From NCBI GenBank assembly GCA_035559535.1, contig DATMBG010000039.1, positions 1-64,000 on the forward strand: a stretch of 64,000 bases of DNA, read 5' to 3'. The position numbers and the translations under genes are program-made. Below the pieces are notes generated by a model, which searched no databases, was not told where the DNA came from, and saw only the letters and a program-made list of their open reading frames with translations. Positions 10,478-20,706 of this stretch are shown in pieces. Source of the stretch: Candidatus Limnocylindrales bacterium (lineage in GTDB: Bacteria; Moduliflexota; Moduliflexia; Moduliflexales; JAUQPW01). Numbering within the stretch: position 1 is the stretch's first letter; every line of letters begins with the position of its first letter.

Positions 10478-12175
10478 TTAATTCCTTTCATCGACCGGGA
10501 TGGTAATAGTAAAGGTTGTACCAAGGCCTACTTTACTATCCACACGGATCGTCCCACCATGTAAATCGACGGCTTTTTTAATAATGGCCAGACCGAGTCC
10601 GGTACCGGAAATGTTCCCGACATTCTTAGCCCGGTGAAAGGGTTCAAATAACCGTTTTTGGTCTTCTTCAGGAATTCCGATACCTTGATCTTTGACCTGG
10701 AAGATAATCGCATCCTTTTCACCTGATACGGTGAAATAGATGGAACCCCCTGCGGGCGAATATTTAACTGCATTGGAGAGCAAGTTGGTGATAATATGTC
10801 GCATGAGTTTTTCATCCAGAAGGGCTTCTTCGTAGGGTACCTGATAAGAAAAGATAAATGCATGCCGGGTTTGGGTTGTTATTTCAACCTCATGGACAAG
10901 GTCCTGGCAGAATTTTCTCAGGTTCAGTGAGAGGGGATTGAATTCCAATTTCCCGGCTTCTCCTTTACCGAGGACGAGGATATCCTCCAACAGTCGGGTC
11001 ATATGCTTGATTTCAGCTTGGATTTTATTCAAGCGTTCCATTTTTTGTTCGGGGGTCATTTTATCCCCGTAACGTTTGAGGATATCACTGGCGGCCAGAA
11101 TAGAGGCCAAAGGGGTACGGAATTCATGGGAGGCCATGGAAACAAATCGGGATTTCAGTTCTCCAAGTTCTTTTTCTTTTTCAAGGGCTTCGTGGAGTTC
11201 CCGGGTTTTTTGCTCCAACTTTGCAGCAAAGGTTTTCAATTCTTCCTCTGCCTGCTTACGCTCGGTAATATCTTCGCAAATGGTAAAGATGGCAATGGGG
11301 TTTCCTAAAGCATCCCTGACTAAATCCGATACCAGTTGGACCGGGAAAATGCTCCCATCTTTTCGTACGTTAACCGTTTCGCGTCTCCAGTGTTTCCTCT
11401 GTTTTACCTGTTCCGGTCCCATGGGCTTCCAGAACTCAGAAGGGGCAAAGATTCTGGCGTTCTTACCTATCAGTTCTTCTACCGTATAACCGTGCATGGT
11501 TGCTTCGGCGGGATTTGTATAAAGAATTTTTCCCTCTGGATTGGTAATGGTAACCCCCAATTGGATGGTTTCAACTGCTTTTTCCAGGATCCGTAAGGCT
11601 TCTTCTATACGCTTGCGCTCTAAGATTTCAGCTCGTAACTCTTCATTAACTTTGGCAAGCTCGGTTGTACGTTCCTTAACCCTTATTTCCAAATTGTCAT
11701 GGGCCTTTCTCAGTTCCTCTTCCACTCGCTTACGCTCGGCCAGGGTCGTCTCATGGAGCGTAATCAGATACTCATTTTGCTGATACATCTTTTCCTCGGC
11801 TTGTTTACGTTCGGTAATATCACGACAACTGGCGATAATCCCCGAGACTGCAGGATTCTTATTAGAGAGATTTCTCCCCATGGCTTCAAGTATCCGCCAG
11901 GACCCATTTTTGTGATGAAAACAAAATTCCCAGGAAATTGCATGATCCGAATCCTGGATTACCTGATGGAAAGCATCTTTAACACGGGCTATATCCTTAA
12001 AGTGAATGAAGTCAAAGACATTCCGCCCGATGACCTCTTCGGGTTTATACCCCAATACCCGCTCAATGGAAGGATTTACATAGAAGATCGTTTCGTCTTT
12101 ATTTAAGACGATAACAATATCCAGGATACTTTCCATTAAGGTTCGAAAATATCCTTCACTTTGTCCTGCAGTCAT
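10478..12175 (-). CDS. PAS-domain sensor histidine kinase (cytoplasmic)
   Basis: Two PAS/PAC domains ending in DITERK; SHEFRTPL H-box, NLLSNAVKYS N-box, DQGIGI, GTGLGL. Confidence 0.93.
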   Translation of the reverse strand: MTAGQSEGYFRTLMESILDIVIVLNKDETIFYVNPSIERVLGYKPEEVIGRNVFDFIHFKDIARVKDAFHQVIQDSDHAISWEFCFHHKNGSWRILEAMGRNLSNKNPAVSGIIASCRDITERKQAEEKMYQQNEYLITLHETTLAERKRVEEELRKAHDNLEIRVKERTTELAKVNEELRAEILERKRIEEALRILEKAVETIQLGVTITNPEGKILYTNPAEATMHGYTVEELIGKNARIFAPSEFWKPMGPEQVKQRKHWRRETVNVRKDGSIFPVQLVSDLVRDALGNPIAIFTICEDITERKQAEEELKTFAAKLEQKTRELHEALEKEKELGELKSRFVSMASHEFRTPLASILAASDILKRYGDKMTPEQKMERLNKIQAEIKHMTRLLEDILVLGKGEAGKLEFNPLSLNLRKFCQDLVHEVEITTQTRHAFIFSYQVPYEEALLDEKLMRHIITNLLSNAVKYSPAGGSIYFTVSGEKDAIIFQVKDQGIGIPEEDQKRLFEPFHRAKNVGNISGTGLGLAIIKKAVDLHGGTIRVDSKVGLGTTFTITIPVDERN

Positions 12176-12206
12176 CTGTTTGTTCCTGATTTCAAGATGA
12201 TCCTTC

Positions 12207-12250
12207 GGGTAGGAGTAGGGGTGGGAGGCCTCCTACCCCTACTCCTACCC
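12207..12250. repeat. 44-bp palindrome containing a GTAG-family REP (GTAGGGGTGGGAGG|CCTCCTACCCCTAC)
   Basis: 22-bp arms with one mismatch; near-identical core at 13208-13239. Confidence 0.85.
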
Positions 12251-12363
12251 TATTCCTAAATTTTTTAGTTTATCCCTCCGTTTTAGTCCCACCACTATAG
12301 GGGAAGATTTTGACAAATGTCAAGTTTTTTGTTTTGATGATCCTCCGGGTTGGAGGCACTTCC

Positions 12364-12392
12364 TTGACAGAACTCCTCCTGGCATCTAAAAT
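12364..12392 (+). promoter_or_regulatory. Sigma-70 promoter for the CysZ/EI24 gene
   Basis: TTGACA-N17-TAAAAT. Confidence 0.7.
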
Positions 12393-12454
12393 CTCTTCTA
12401 GAAAGTAGGTATTTGACTGTTTTACCGAGAAATTGTGAAGGCCCATGAGGAGAT

Positions 12455-13213
12455 ATGTTTCATTTTGTTCGCGGACTTACGTATGTCCTTCGGGGAGCTA
12501 CGTTTATTAAAGCCCATCCTATCCTGCTAAAGTATGTTCTGATTCCCTTTATCATTAACGTCCTTGTGTTTAGCCTGGTAGGGTATTTAAGCTGGCATTA
12601 TGGAGAGATTTTTCTCAATCAGATCACCCACCGGGGAGAAGCCTGGTACTGGTCTTTATTATTCTACCTGTCCCTGGGGTTATTGGGGTTGTTACTGATT
12701 TTGATCATTGTTTTTACTTTTACAATAGTCGGAACCCTTGTTGCAGCGCCTTTCAACGAAGTACTTTCAGAAAAAACCGAACAGATCCTTTTGGGGAGGA
12801 TTAAAGATTTTGAGGAAAGGCGTGGGAATTTTTTTCCTGGTGTTTTTCATCGTCTTCGTCGCGTTTCATTAGATTTGATCGAGAATCTCAAAGAGATAAC
12901 CTTTTTTGCTTTTGTGGGATTTGGTATGTTTTTTCTTAATTTTGTTCCCGGGCTTGGGACAGGATTAAATACCTTATGGATATGGATATTTCTGGCTTTC
13001 GAGTTTTTGAGCTATCCGTTGAGTCGTAGGCGTTACTCTTTCCGGCAGAAACTCAGGATTATCTGGGATTACAAGGAGCTGACCCTTGGATTCGGCCTGG
13101 GCGTTTTTCTGATTCTTCTGGTTCCTCTGCTCAATTTTATTTGTATTCCGATTTCTGTTGTGGGCGGAACCTTGCTTTATCTCCAGGAGATGGAAAAGAC
13201 GGTAAAGGAGTAA
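12455..13213 (+). CDS. EI24/CysZ-like membrane protein
   Basis: Hydrophobic helices, AAPFNEVLSEKTE, E..SYPL.RR, LVPLLN..PISVVGGTL. Confidence 0.82.
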   Translation: MFHFVRGLTYVLRGATFIKAHPILLKYVLIPFIINVLVFSLVGYLSWHYGEIFLNQITHRGEAWYWSLLFYLSLGLLGLLLILIIVFTFTIVGTLVAAPFNEVLSEKTEQILLGRIKDFEERRGNFFPGVFHRLRRVSLDLIENLKEITFFAFVGFGMFFLNFVPGLGTGLNTLWIWIFLAFEFLSYPLSRRRYSFRQKLRIIWDYKELTLGFGLGVFLILLVPLLNFICIPISVVGGTLLYLQEMEKTVKE

Positions 13214-13239
13214 GGGTGGGAGGCCTCCCACCCCTACTC
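13208..13239. repeat. GTAG-family REP palindrome between convergent cysZ-like and hisF genes
   Basis: GAGTAAGGGTGGGAGG|CCTCCCACCCCTACTC; contains the stop codon of the cysZ-like gene. Confidence 0.85.
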
Positions 13240-13243
13240 AATG

Positions 13244-14029
13244 TTAGATTCTTACGTGAACCCCCCGTTGGTGGAGGTAGGCCTTAGCCTCCGGGATAGT
13301 ATATTCCCGGAAGTGAAAAATAGAAGCAGCCAGAACTGCATCGGCTTTTCCTGCGGTCAGTCCTTCGTAGAGATGTTGGAGATTTCCGACTCCCCCCGAG
13401 GCAATTACCGGAATACGAACGGCTTCAGATACCGCCCGGGTTAAGGGGATATCGTAACCCTGTTTGGTTCCGTCTTGATCCATACTGGTTAAAAGGATCT
13501 CACCAGCTCCGAGTTCTTCAACCTGGCAAGCCCATTCCAGAACATCGAGCCCTGCAGGAGTTCTTCCACCGTGAATATAAACTTCCCAACTTTCCGTCGG
13601 TTCAGAGGATCTGGTGGGAGGGGAGGTACGGCGTCTGGCATCGATAGCCACGACGATACATTGAGAACCAAACCGTTCAGCCCCTTCTCGAATGATCTCG
13701 GGGGTTAAGACGGCCGCTGTATTGATAGAGACTTTGTCGGCTCCGGCTCTCAGGAGATTGCGGATATCCTCTACTTTTTTAATTCCCCCCCCTACAGTAA
13801 GGGGCATGAATACTTCCGCGGCCGTTCTTCGTACCACGTCGATCATGATCTCTCTCTTTTCGTAGGAGGCAGTGATATCCAAAAAGGTCAGTTCATCGGC
13901 TCCCTGTTGATCATAGATTTTTGCAATTTCCACCGGATCTCCTGCGTCCCTGAGGTTAAGGAATTTAACCCCTTTCACTACACGTCCGGCTTTAACATCC
14001 AAGCAGGGGATAATACGTTTGGTGAGCAT
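13244..14029 (-). CDS. hisF: Imidazole glycerol phosphate synthase subunit HisF
   Basis: [47 protein letters not shown]. Confidence 0.98.
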   Translation of the reverse strand: MLTKRIIPCLDVKAGRVVKGVKFLNLRDAGDPVEIAKIYDQQGADELTFLDITASYEKREIMIDVVRRTAAEVFMPLTVGGGIKKVEDIRNLLRAGADKVSINTAAVLTPEIIREGAERFGSQCIVVAIDARRRTSPPTRSSEPTESWEVYIHGGRTPAGLDVLEWACQVEELGAGEILLTSMDQDGTKQGYDIPLTRAVSEAVRIPVIASGGVGNLQHLYEGLTAGKADAVLAASIFHFREYTIPEAKAYLHQRGVHVRI

Positions 14030-14157
14030 ACTAAATTCTGAAGGTCATGGGCAAAAGGCAAACCAGGAGGTTCCTTAGAATCCTTTTTACTTTTTGCCCC
14101 TTCATCAAAGCTCAGGATAGGCTTTTATCCCTTTGCCTCCTTCTATTCTTTTGGTTT

Positions 14158-14886
14158 TTATTTTCCCCTGGCAAGTTTAATGGCTTCGGCCAGGTTAAAA
14201 TTATGAAGATATAAAGCTTTTCCGACAATAGCTCCGATAACCCCCATATCCTGGAAGGGCAACAGCCTTTGGATATCTTCCAGGGTCGAGATACCTCCGG
14301 AAGCAATAACAGGTTTGTGGCTACCCAGGACGATAGTTCGAAGACCGTTCAAATTGGGTCCTGTGAGCATCCCATCTCGTTGGGTATCTGTGTAAATGAT
14401 TGCTTCGATGGGGCTGTCTTCAAGTAGCCGGACCAGGTCGGTAGCCTTTAATTCGGTTACTTCCCTCCAGCCTTGGATGGAGACTTTTCCATCCCGGGCA
14501 TCGATTCCGACCAGAATATTTCCCGGGAAAGCCCGGCAGGCTTCTTTGACAAAGTCAGGTTGTTGAAAGGCTATAGTCCCCAGAATAACCCGTCTGGCAC
14601 CGGCCATAAGGGCCTGTTCGATGGCTTTTAAAGTTCGAAGTCCTCCGCCCAATTGAATAGGTATCGAAACGGATTCGGCTATTTCACGAACAACTTCCAA
14701 ATTTTGAGGTTCGCCCCTAAAGGCTCCGTCCAGATCAACCACATGTAAAAGCCCGGCGCCCTGGTCTTCCCAATGTTTCGCCATAGCCGGTGGATCTTCA
14801 CTAAATACGGTCTCCTGGTTTAACTTCCCCTGGGTAAGGCGCACGCACTTCCCCTGGTGCAAATCAATGGCAGGGATAATCTCCAT
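14158..14886 (-). CDS. hisA: ProFAR isomerase HisA
   Basis: IIPAIDL..GKCVRL.QG, LHVVDLDGA, QLGGGLR, TD..RDGML.GPN. Confidence 0.97.
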   Translation of the reverse strand: MEIIPAIDLHQGKCVRLTQGKLNQETVFSEDPPAMAKHWEDQGAGLLHVVDLDGAFRGEPQNLEVVREIAESVSIPIQLGGGLRTLKAIEQALMAGARRVILGTIAFQQPDFVKEACRAFPGNILVGIDARDGKVSIQGWREVTELKATDLVRLLEDSPIEAIIYTDTQRDGMLTGPNLNGLRTIVLGSHKPVIASGGISTLEDIQRLLPFQDMGVIGAIVGKALYLHNFNLAEAIKLARGK

Positions 14887-14913
14887 CTTCCGTTCTTCCT
14901 TTCTTCTATTTTC

Positions 14914-16221
14914 TTATTTTTTAGGTAATTTTTCGATTTTAACCTTTGCGATTCGCTTGGAATCCATATCCACGACGGTTAGTTTATATCCTTCATAGGT
15001 AACGATTTCACCGCCCTTGGGTAGTCTTTGAAGCTTGGACAGCATAAACCCGGCGATGGTATCATATTCCGGAGATTCCGGGAAAGGCAGATTTTGTTCG
15101 GACTGTAAATCCCGGATCGTTACAGACCCATCGACCACCAGAGAGCCATCTTTGAGGACTTCGATAGGTCCTTTATCTTCTGTTTCCGATTCATCTCGAA
15201 TTTCGCCTACAATCTCCTCCAGGAGGTCTTCCAGGGTAACCAATCCCGCTACTTCTCCGTACTCATTGACAACGATGGCCATGTGCATACGCCGTCGCCG
15301 GAGTTCACTCAGCAAATCACTGATCATAATCGTATCGGGGACTAAGTAGGCTTTATGGACAAGCTCCCTTAAAACGATCGGTTTCCCTTCGGCCAGGACC
15401 TCGATGACATCCTTGTTATATAAGATACCCACGATATTATCCAGGGTGTCCTCATAAACCGGGATTCGCGAATATCCACTCTCTACCAGAGCTTTGACGA
15501 CGTCTTGGGAAGGTGTATTGACTTCAATGGCATAAATTTTTACCCTCGGAACCATGACTTCCCGAACGGAAGTATCTGCAAACTCAAAGACGCTGTGGAT
15601 TAGCTCATGTTCAGTTTCATCGAAAACACCCCGATCGGCTCCTTCCTTAATCATATACTTAACTTCTTCCTCCGAAACAATGGAGGCCTGGGGGTTTTCT
15701 TCCACACCTAACATTTTCAAGATGATATTTGTGGAAAAAGTCAGGATCTTAACCGGGGCCGAGGAGATCCGGGACAACAGATCGATAGGTTTTACGACCC
15801 AGGAGGCCACCCGTTCGGGGTTGGTCAGGGCAATGGACTTAGGAACCAGTTCCCCTAGGACCAGGGACAAATAGGAAAGGGTAATCACCACGATTCCGAA
15901 AGCAAGAGATTGGCTCCAGTTTTGAAGAATTGGTATCTTTTCAAGTAAAGGTTGTAAGAATTGAACGGCTGCTGCACCGCCGAAGACAGAAGCCATAGTT
16001 CCGACTAACGTGACCCCGATCTGGACGATAGCTAGAAGGCGATCGGGTTCTTGCTTGAGTTGATCGACAATCTTAGCCCATGGGACACCTTCTTCGACCA
16101 GTTGGAGGATTTTACTTTTGCGACTGGAGATAACAGCAATCTCTGCAGCAGAGAAAAATCCGTTGAGGAGAATTAAAAAAAGGATGATTACCAGTTCAAA
16201 TAAAAATTGTTCAGCCGTCAT
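14914..16221 (-). CDS. Hemolysin-family/CNNM protein (DUF21-CBS-CBS-CorC)
   Basis: NGFFSAAEIA, GELVPKSIAL, YSRIPVY, VNEYG..GLVTLEDLLEEIVGEI. Confidence 0.93.
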   Translation of the reverse strand: MTAEQFLFELVIILFLILLNGFFSAAEIAVISSRKSKILQLVEEGVPWAKIVDQLKQEPDRLLAIVQIGVTLVGTMASVFGGAAAVQFLQPLLEKIPILQNWSQSLAFGIVVITLSYLSLVLGELVPKSIALTNPERVASWVVKPIDLLSRISSAPVKILTFSTNIILKMLGVEENPQASIVSEEEVKYMIKEGADRGVFDETEHELIHSVFEFADTSVREVMVPRVKIYAIEVNTPSQDVVKALVESGYSRIPVYEDTLDNIVGILYNKDVIEVLAEGKPIVLRELVHKAYLVPDTIMISDLLSELRRRRMHMAIVVNEYGEVAGLVTLEDLLEEIVGEIRDESETEDKGPIEVLKDGSLVVDGSVTIRDLQSEQNLPFPESPEYDTIAGFMLSKLQRLPKGGEIVTYEGYKLTVVDMDSKRIAKVKIEKLPKK

Positions 16222-16227
16222 ACTGAA

Positions 16228-16355
16228 GTTAGAAGCAAGAAGCCAGAAGCGAGAAGCCAGGAGTTTTAATCTTCATTTCTTGCTTCCCATACCCCTGGAG
16301 TTATCTTTTAGATCCGTCCCTGCCTTGTTTATTTCCTGCTTCTTGCTTCTTATCT
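16228..16355. repeat. Intergenic heptamer tandem-repeat hairpin (AGAAGCA/C)n ... (TTCTTGC)n
   Basis: AGAAGCA AGAAGCC AGAAGCG AGAAGCC followed by complementary TTCCTGC TTCTTGC TTCTTAT. Confidence 0.7.
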
Positions 16356-16360
16356 ATTGC

Positions 16361-17776
16361 TTACTGCCTAGGTTTTTTGGGGGGCATATGGATTACTTTT
16401 CCGAGGACATCGAGGGCGGCTTCTCCCATAGCTTCGGTAAGTGTCGGATGGGCATGAATGGAATGGGCAATATCTTCGGCGGTAGCTTCCAGGTTCATGG
16501 CTAATACAGGTTCGGCAATCAGATCCGTTACATGGGGACCCAACATATGAACTCCTAAAATCTCCCCGTATTTCGCATCGGTTATGATTTTAATAAATCC
16601 TTCTCGCTCTCCCAGAATGGTCGCTTTTGAATTGGCTGCAAAGGGAAATTTTCCAACTCTAATCTCCCCGACCTTTTCCCGAGCTTGTTTTTCGGTCAAA
16701 CCGACACTGGCGACTTCGGGGATTGTATAGATACATCGCGGAACAGTATTATAATTCATGTGACCTCCTTCCCCTAAAGCATTTTCTACGGCCGCTATAC
16801 CTTGATGGGAGGCAGCATGGGCCAGCATGATTTTACGGGTAACATCCCCAATGGCATAAATTCCAGGAACATTGGTTTCCATCCGATCGTTAATAACTAC
16901 GGCACCTCGGTCCAGGGCCACCCCTATTTTTTCAAGGCCCAAATCTTCAGAGAAGGGTCTTCGCCCCACGGCAACCAGGACAATCTGGGCCGAAAATTTT
17001 TTCTCTCCGTCCTTGGTTAAAACCGTTACGATTTTATGACCCGCCGTTCCATTACCGATCTCCTTAACCTGGGCACCGGTGTAGACTTCAATCCCGTCTT
17101 TCTGGATAATCTTCTGAAGTCCCAGGGCGATTTCTTCATCTTCCGTTGGAATGATTTGGGGGAGCATTTCTATGACCGTTACTTTACTCCCTAGCTTACC
17201 AAAAATCGTCGCCCACTCTACCCCGATGTAACCACCTCCAATGATAATCACGCTTTGGGGCAATTCTTTAAGTTCAAAGGCCCCATCACTGTTGATAACT
17301 CCTTCTGAGTCGATTCCGGGAATCGGGATGCTGGAAGGAACCGAACCGGTTGCTATAACAATTTTTTCGGCACTGACCGTTGTGCGGGTTCCTGCTTTTT
17401 CAGTCACCTCTATTTCATGGGTGGAGAGGAACTTTCCTTTTCCTTGGATAATATCAATTCCATTACTTTTGAGAAGAGATCGGGCTCCTGCGGAGAGGGT
17501 TTTTACGGCTATATCCTTCCGTTTGCTCATCTTATCGTAATCTACCGAGATTTCCCCAACATTTACACCGTAATCCTTGGCATGTCTTGCAATCTCAACC
17601 AATTCGGCTCCCCGTAAAAGAGCCTTGGAAGGAATACATCCGCGCAGGACACAGGTACCTCCAATTTCATCCATTTCCACTACAGCCGTTTTAGCTCCCA
17701 GTTGTGCTGCCCGAATAGCAGCCACGTACCCTCCTGGACCACCTCCAATAAATAAGATATTGTAATCGTATGGCAT
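16361..17776 (-). CDS. lpdA: Dihydrolipoyl dehydrogenase
   Basis: GGGPGGYVAAI, GGTCVLRGCIPSK redox disulfide, HAHPTLTE. Confidence 0.96.
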   Translation of the reverse strand: MPYDYNILFIGGGPGGYVAAIRAAQLGAKTAVVEMDEIGGTCVLRGCIPSKALLRGAELVEIARHAKDYGVNVGEISVDYDKMSKRKDIAVKTLSAGARSLLKSNGIDIIQGKGKFLSTHEIEVTEKAGTRTTVSAEKIVIATGSVPSSIPIPGIDSEGVINSDGAFELKELPQSVIIIGGGYIGVEWATIFGKLGSKVTVIEMLPQIIPTEDEEIALGLQKIIQKDGIEVYTGAQVKEIGNGTAGHKIVTVLTKDGEKKFSAQIVLVAVGRRPFSEDLGLEKIGVALDRGAVVINDRMETNVPGIYAIGDVTRKIMLAHAASHQGIAAVENALGEGGHMNYNTVPRCIYTIPEVASVGLTEKQAREKVGEIRVGKFPFAANSKATILGEREGFIKIITDAKYGEILGVHMLGPHVTDLIAEPVLAMNLEATAEDIAHSIHAHPTLTEAMGEAALDVLGKVIHMPPKKPRQ

Positions 17777-17786
17777 GATGTCTTAA

Positions 17787-17852
17787 GTATGGGAGTGTGG
17801 GAGTGTGGAAGTGTAAGCCTATAGATTTTGTTTACCTCTACACTCCTACACC
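17787..17852. repeat. Octamer tandem-repeat hairpin (GGGAGTGT)n ... (ACACTCCT)n
   Basis: GTATGGGAGTGTGGGAGTGTGGAAGTGT ... CTACACTCCTACACC; the right arm overlaps the M16 gene 3' end. Confidence 0.7.
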
Positions 17853-19112
17853 TGACTGAGGTTTTACTTTTCCTACCACGACCAGCGAATAATTAACCGG
17901 ATCCAGATATTTCTGGGCAACCCGTTGGATATCCTCTGCAGTTACCCTGCGAATGAGGTCGGGGTATTTACGCAGATAATCGAAACCCAGATGATATTTT
18001 TCAGCAGATATAAGATAACTGGCTAATTGATTGCTGGTTTCAAATTTAAAGACATAACTTCCAGTCAAATAATTCTTGGCATTTTCCAGTTCTTCCTCGG
18101 ATACCCGCTCCTTCTGGATTAGTTCAATCTCTCGAAGAAATCCTTCTATAGCCCTGTCTTTATTCTCAGGAGAGGTGCCTATGTAAGCCGTAAAAACCCC
18201 GGGTTCCTCGGTTGCAGAGGGTGTAATATGGGCATAAACCGTATAGGCAAGTCCTTGCTCATCCCGCAGCTTTCTGGAAATCCGGTCGGTAAAACCGGGC
18301 CCTGTTCCTAAAATATAATCCATAACCCGTAAGGCATAGTAGTCTGGATTATCCCGGGTAATCCCCAAATGCCCCAGATAGATATGGAGCTGTTCTTTTT
18401 CTTTGTAAATATATTTTACCCGGGGTTTGGTTGGACCGACGGCCCGTAAGGATAACCGCTCAGAGGCTCCTACTAAAGGTTTCCTGGGCCAATCACCAAA
18501 ATATTTCTCAATCTTTTCACGGGCTTCCTCTTCACTTAAATCCCCCACAACGGCCAGGATGGTATTATTGGGAACAAAATAGGTCTCATAATAATTCACT
18601 ACATCTGAACGGCAAAGGGTTTTAACCGTTCTCGTATATCCTTTTCCGGGGCGATGATAGGGATGATCCCCATAAACCAGTTCTCGAAAAGCCTGATACG
18701 CGACGATATTGGGATCATCCTGTTCACTTTTGATGGCAGCCAGTTGTTTATTTCGTTCTTTAATTACCTCTTGTTCATCGAACAGGGCATTTTTCAGTAT
18801 ATCCGATACAATATCCAGAGCAATATCCACATCTTTGCTCAGGATTTGAGCGAATACGCCGGTACTGGAAGTCTCCAAATTACCTCCAATGAAATCCATG
18901 ATTTGGGCAATTTCCAGCCCGCTTCGGTTTTTGGTCCCCTCGTCCAAAAGCGTTCCAACCAGATAAGCGAGTCCGGCTTTGTCTTCTGGTTCATGCTTTT
19001 GCCCGGCATCTACAAAAGCCTCTATGGCAACAATAGGATAAAATCGGTTTTCTAAAAAAAGAACGGTTAATCCGTTGGCCAGAACCCATTTCTTCGGTTC
19101 GAAATCCTTCAT
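17838..19112 (-). CDS. M16B peptidase, non-catalytic subunit
   Basis: LANGLTV, GLAYLVGTLLDEGT (no HxxEH), LRDEQGLAY; overlaps the upstream subunit by 4 bp. Confidence 0.9.
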   Translation of the reverse strand: MKDFEPKKWVLANGLTVLFLENRFYPIVAIEAFVDAGQKHEPEDKAGLAYLVGTLLDEGTKNRSGLEIAQIMDFIGGNLETSSTGVFAQILSKDVDIALDIVSDILKNALFDEQEVIKERNKQLAAIKSEQDDPNIVAYQAFRELVYGDHPYHRPGKGYTRTVKTLCRSDVVNYYETYFVPNNTILAVVGDLSEEEAREKIEKYFGDWPRKPLVGASERLSLRAVGPTKPRVKYIYKEKEQLHIYLGHLGITRDNPDYYALRVMDYILGTGPGFTDRISRKLRDEQGLAYTVYAHITPSATEEPGVFTAYIGTSPENKDRAIEGFLREIELIQKERVSEEELENAKNYLTGSYVFKFETSNQLASYLISAEKYHLGFDYLRKYPDLIRRVTAEDIQRVAQKYLDPVNYSLVVVGKVKPQSGVGV

Positions 19113-20386
19113 TCCTCTATTCTCCTGTTCTTTCTTGTTTTCTCCGGAACGGCCCAGCCTACCGTCTTGTTTTCATCCACGAAATACTGGTTAACAACCC
19201 GAACGATATCTTCTTGGGAAACTTTTTCGATATTTTCCAGATAAGTGTTCAGGAAATCGTAATGAAGGGTTGTCTCATAATATCCAAGAGCTTTCGCCAG
19301 ATTATAGGCTGTTTCTTGATCAAAAATAAAATCCGCGGAAATGATATTTTTAGCCCGTTGCAGCTCATGGTCTGGAATACCTTCCTGTTTGATTCGATCT
19401 AACTCCTCCATAAGGATTTTTTCGACTTTTCCCAGACTTTTACCGGGTCGTAGCTCGGCGTAGATAAAGAAGGCACCTTCATATTTCCGCGCATCATGGG
19501 AGGCACGAACAAAGTTAACCAATTTCTCTTTTTCGACTAATCTCTGATAGAGGCGAGAACTCTTTCCCGAACTTAATAGGGTATCCAGTACATCCAGGGG
19601 GTAATTGTCCGGATGACCGATTTTAGTCGTATGATAGCCCATTTCCAAACGTCCCACCTGGGTGTCTTGAACAATTTTGAATCGATGTTCCCCACGCTGT
19701 TTGGGTTCTCGGGAAGTAACAGGAAGAGGCGGAGGGCCCGGAGGGATGGGATCAAAAAGCCGATGAATCTTCTCTAAGGTTTTACCCGTGTCAAAATCTC
19801 CTACGATGACGAGGGTTGCATTATTAGGCAGATAATAGGTATTGTAATACTGAATGACGGCTTCTCGGGGTATTTGTTCGATGTCCTCTTGCCATCCAAT
19901 GATGGGATGATGATAGGGATGGACACGAAACATGGTGGCTTCCAACTCCACTTCTAATAATCCCCAAGGGGAATCTAAACTTCTTTTCATTTCTTCAAGG
20001 ACCACTTTTCGTTCCAGCTCGAATTCTTCGGGGTCAAATAGACAATTCCGCATCCGATTGGCCTCAATTTCCAAAGCCACTTCCCACCGATCCGAGGCAA
20101 AGTTAAAAAAATAAGCGGTATAATCATGGGACGTGAACGCATTATTATGACCGCCATGGACCATGGTTTTTAGATCGATCTCTCCTTTACGATATCGGTC
20201 GGTACCCTTGAACATGAGATGCTCTAAAAAGTGAGATAAACCGGTTTCCCCCTTCCTTTCGTTCACCGAGCCCACTTTATACCAGATCATACTGCACACA
20301 ACCGGTAAGTGGTGCTTTTCCAGAGTCAGAACCTTAAGTCCGTTCTCCAATAGGGTTTCTTGAATATTACCTTTTAATAAAGTCAA
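19109..20386 (-). CDS. M16B zinc peptidase, catalytic subunit
   Basis: HFLEH inverted zinc motif, NAFTSHDYTAY, ERKVVLEE, HPYHHPIIGW. Confidence 0.93.
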   Translation of the reverse strand: MTLLKGNIQETLLENGLKVLTLEKHHLPVVCSMIWYKVGSVNERKGETGLSHFLEHLMFKGTDRYRKGEIDLKTMVHGGHNNAFTSHDYTAYFFNFASDRWEVALEIEANRMRNCLFDPEEFELERKVVLEEMKRSLDSPWGLLEVELEATMFRVHPYHHPIIGWQEDIEQIPREAVIQYYNTYYLPNNATLVIVGDFDTGKTLEKIHRLFDPIPPGPPPLPVTSREPKQRGEHRFKIVQDTQVGRLEMGYHTTKIGHPDNYPLDVLDTLLSSGKSSRLYQRLVEKEKLVNFVRASHDARKYEGAFFIYAELRPGKSLGKVEKILMEELDRIKQEGIPDHELQRAKNIISADFIFDQETAYNLAKALGYYETTLHYDFLNTYLENIEKVSQEDIVRVVNQYFVDENKTVGWAVPEKTRKNRRIEE

Positions 20387-20706
20387 ATATTTTCATCCCT
20401 CCTTATGTTTTTATTTTATTAAATCTTATCCTCTTAATCCTCCTATATAAGGGATTGATAGATTTATTATTATACGTTAAAAGCCTAGGGTTATCAAGAA
20501 ATTTTTTATACCTTCTACAATTTGACGAATTACCCCTTCTCCAGGAAAAAGCCCTCTGATTCCACAAAGATGATCCTCTAGAGTCACCTTACCGGATGGA
20601 ATTATAGATTTTGCCGGAATATGTCCCTTGACGAAGAGGAGGTTCCAGATATACCCTAGAGCAGTAAACCCAAAATCGATAAGAGTAAGAGAAAGGAGAA
20701 AAGAAA

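Noticed and set aside
13600-13635. Short insertion in HisF ([13 protein letters not shown])
   Set aside because: This loop is naturally variable in HisF and is too short to assign to the repeat family.
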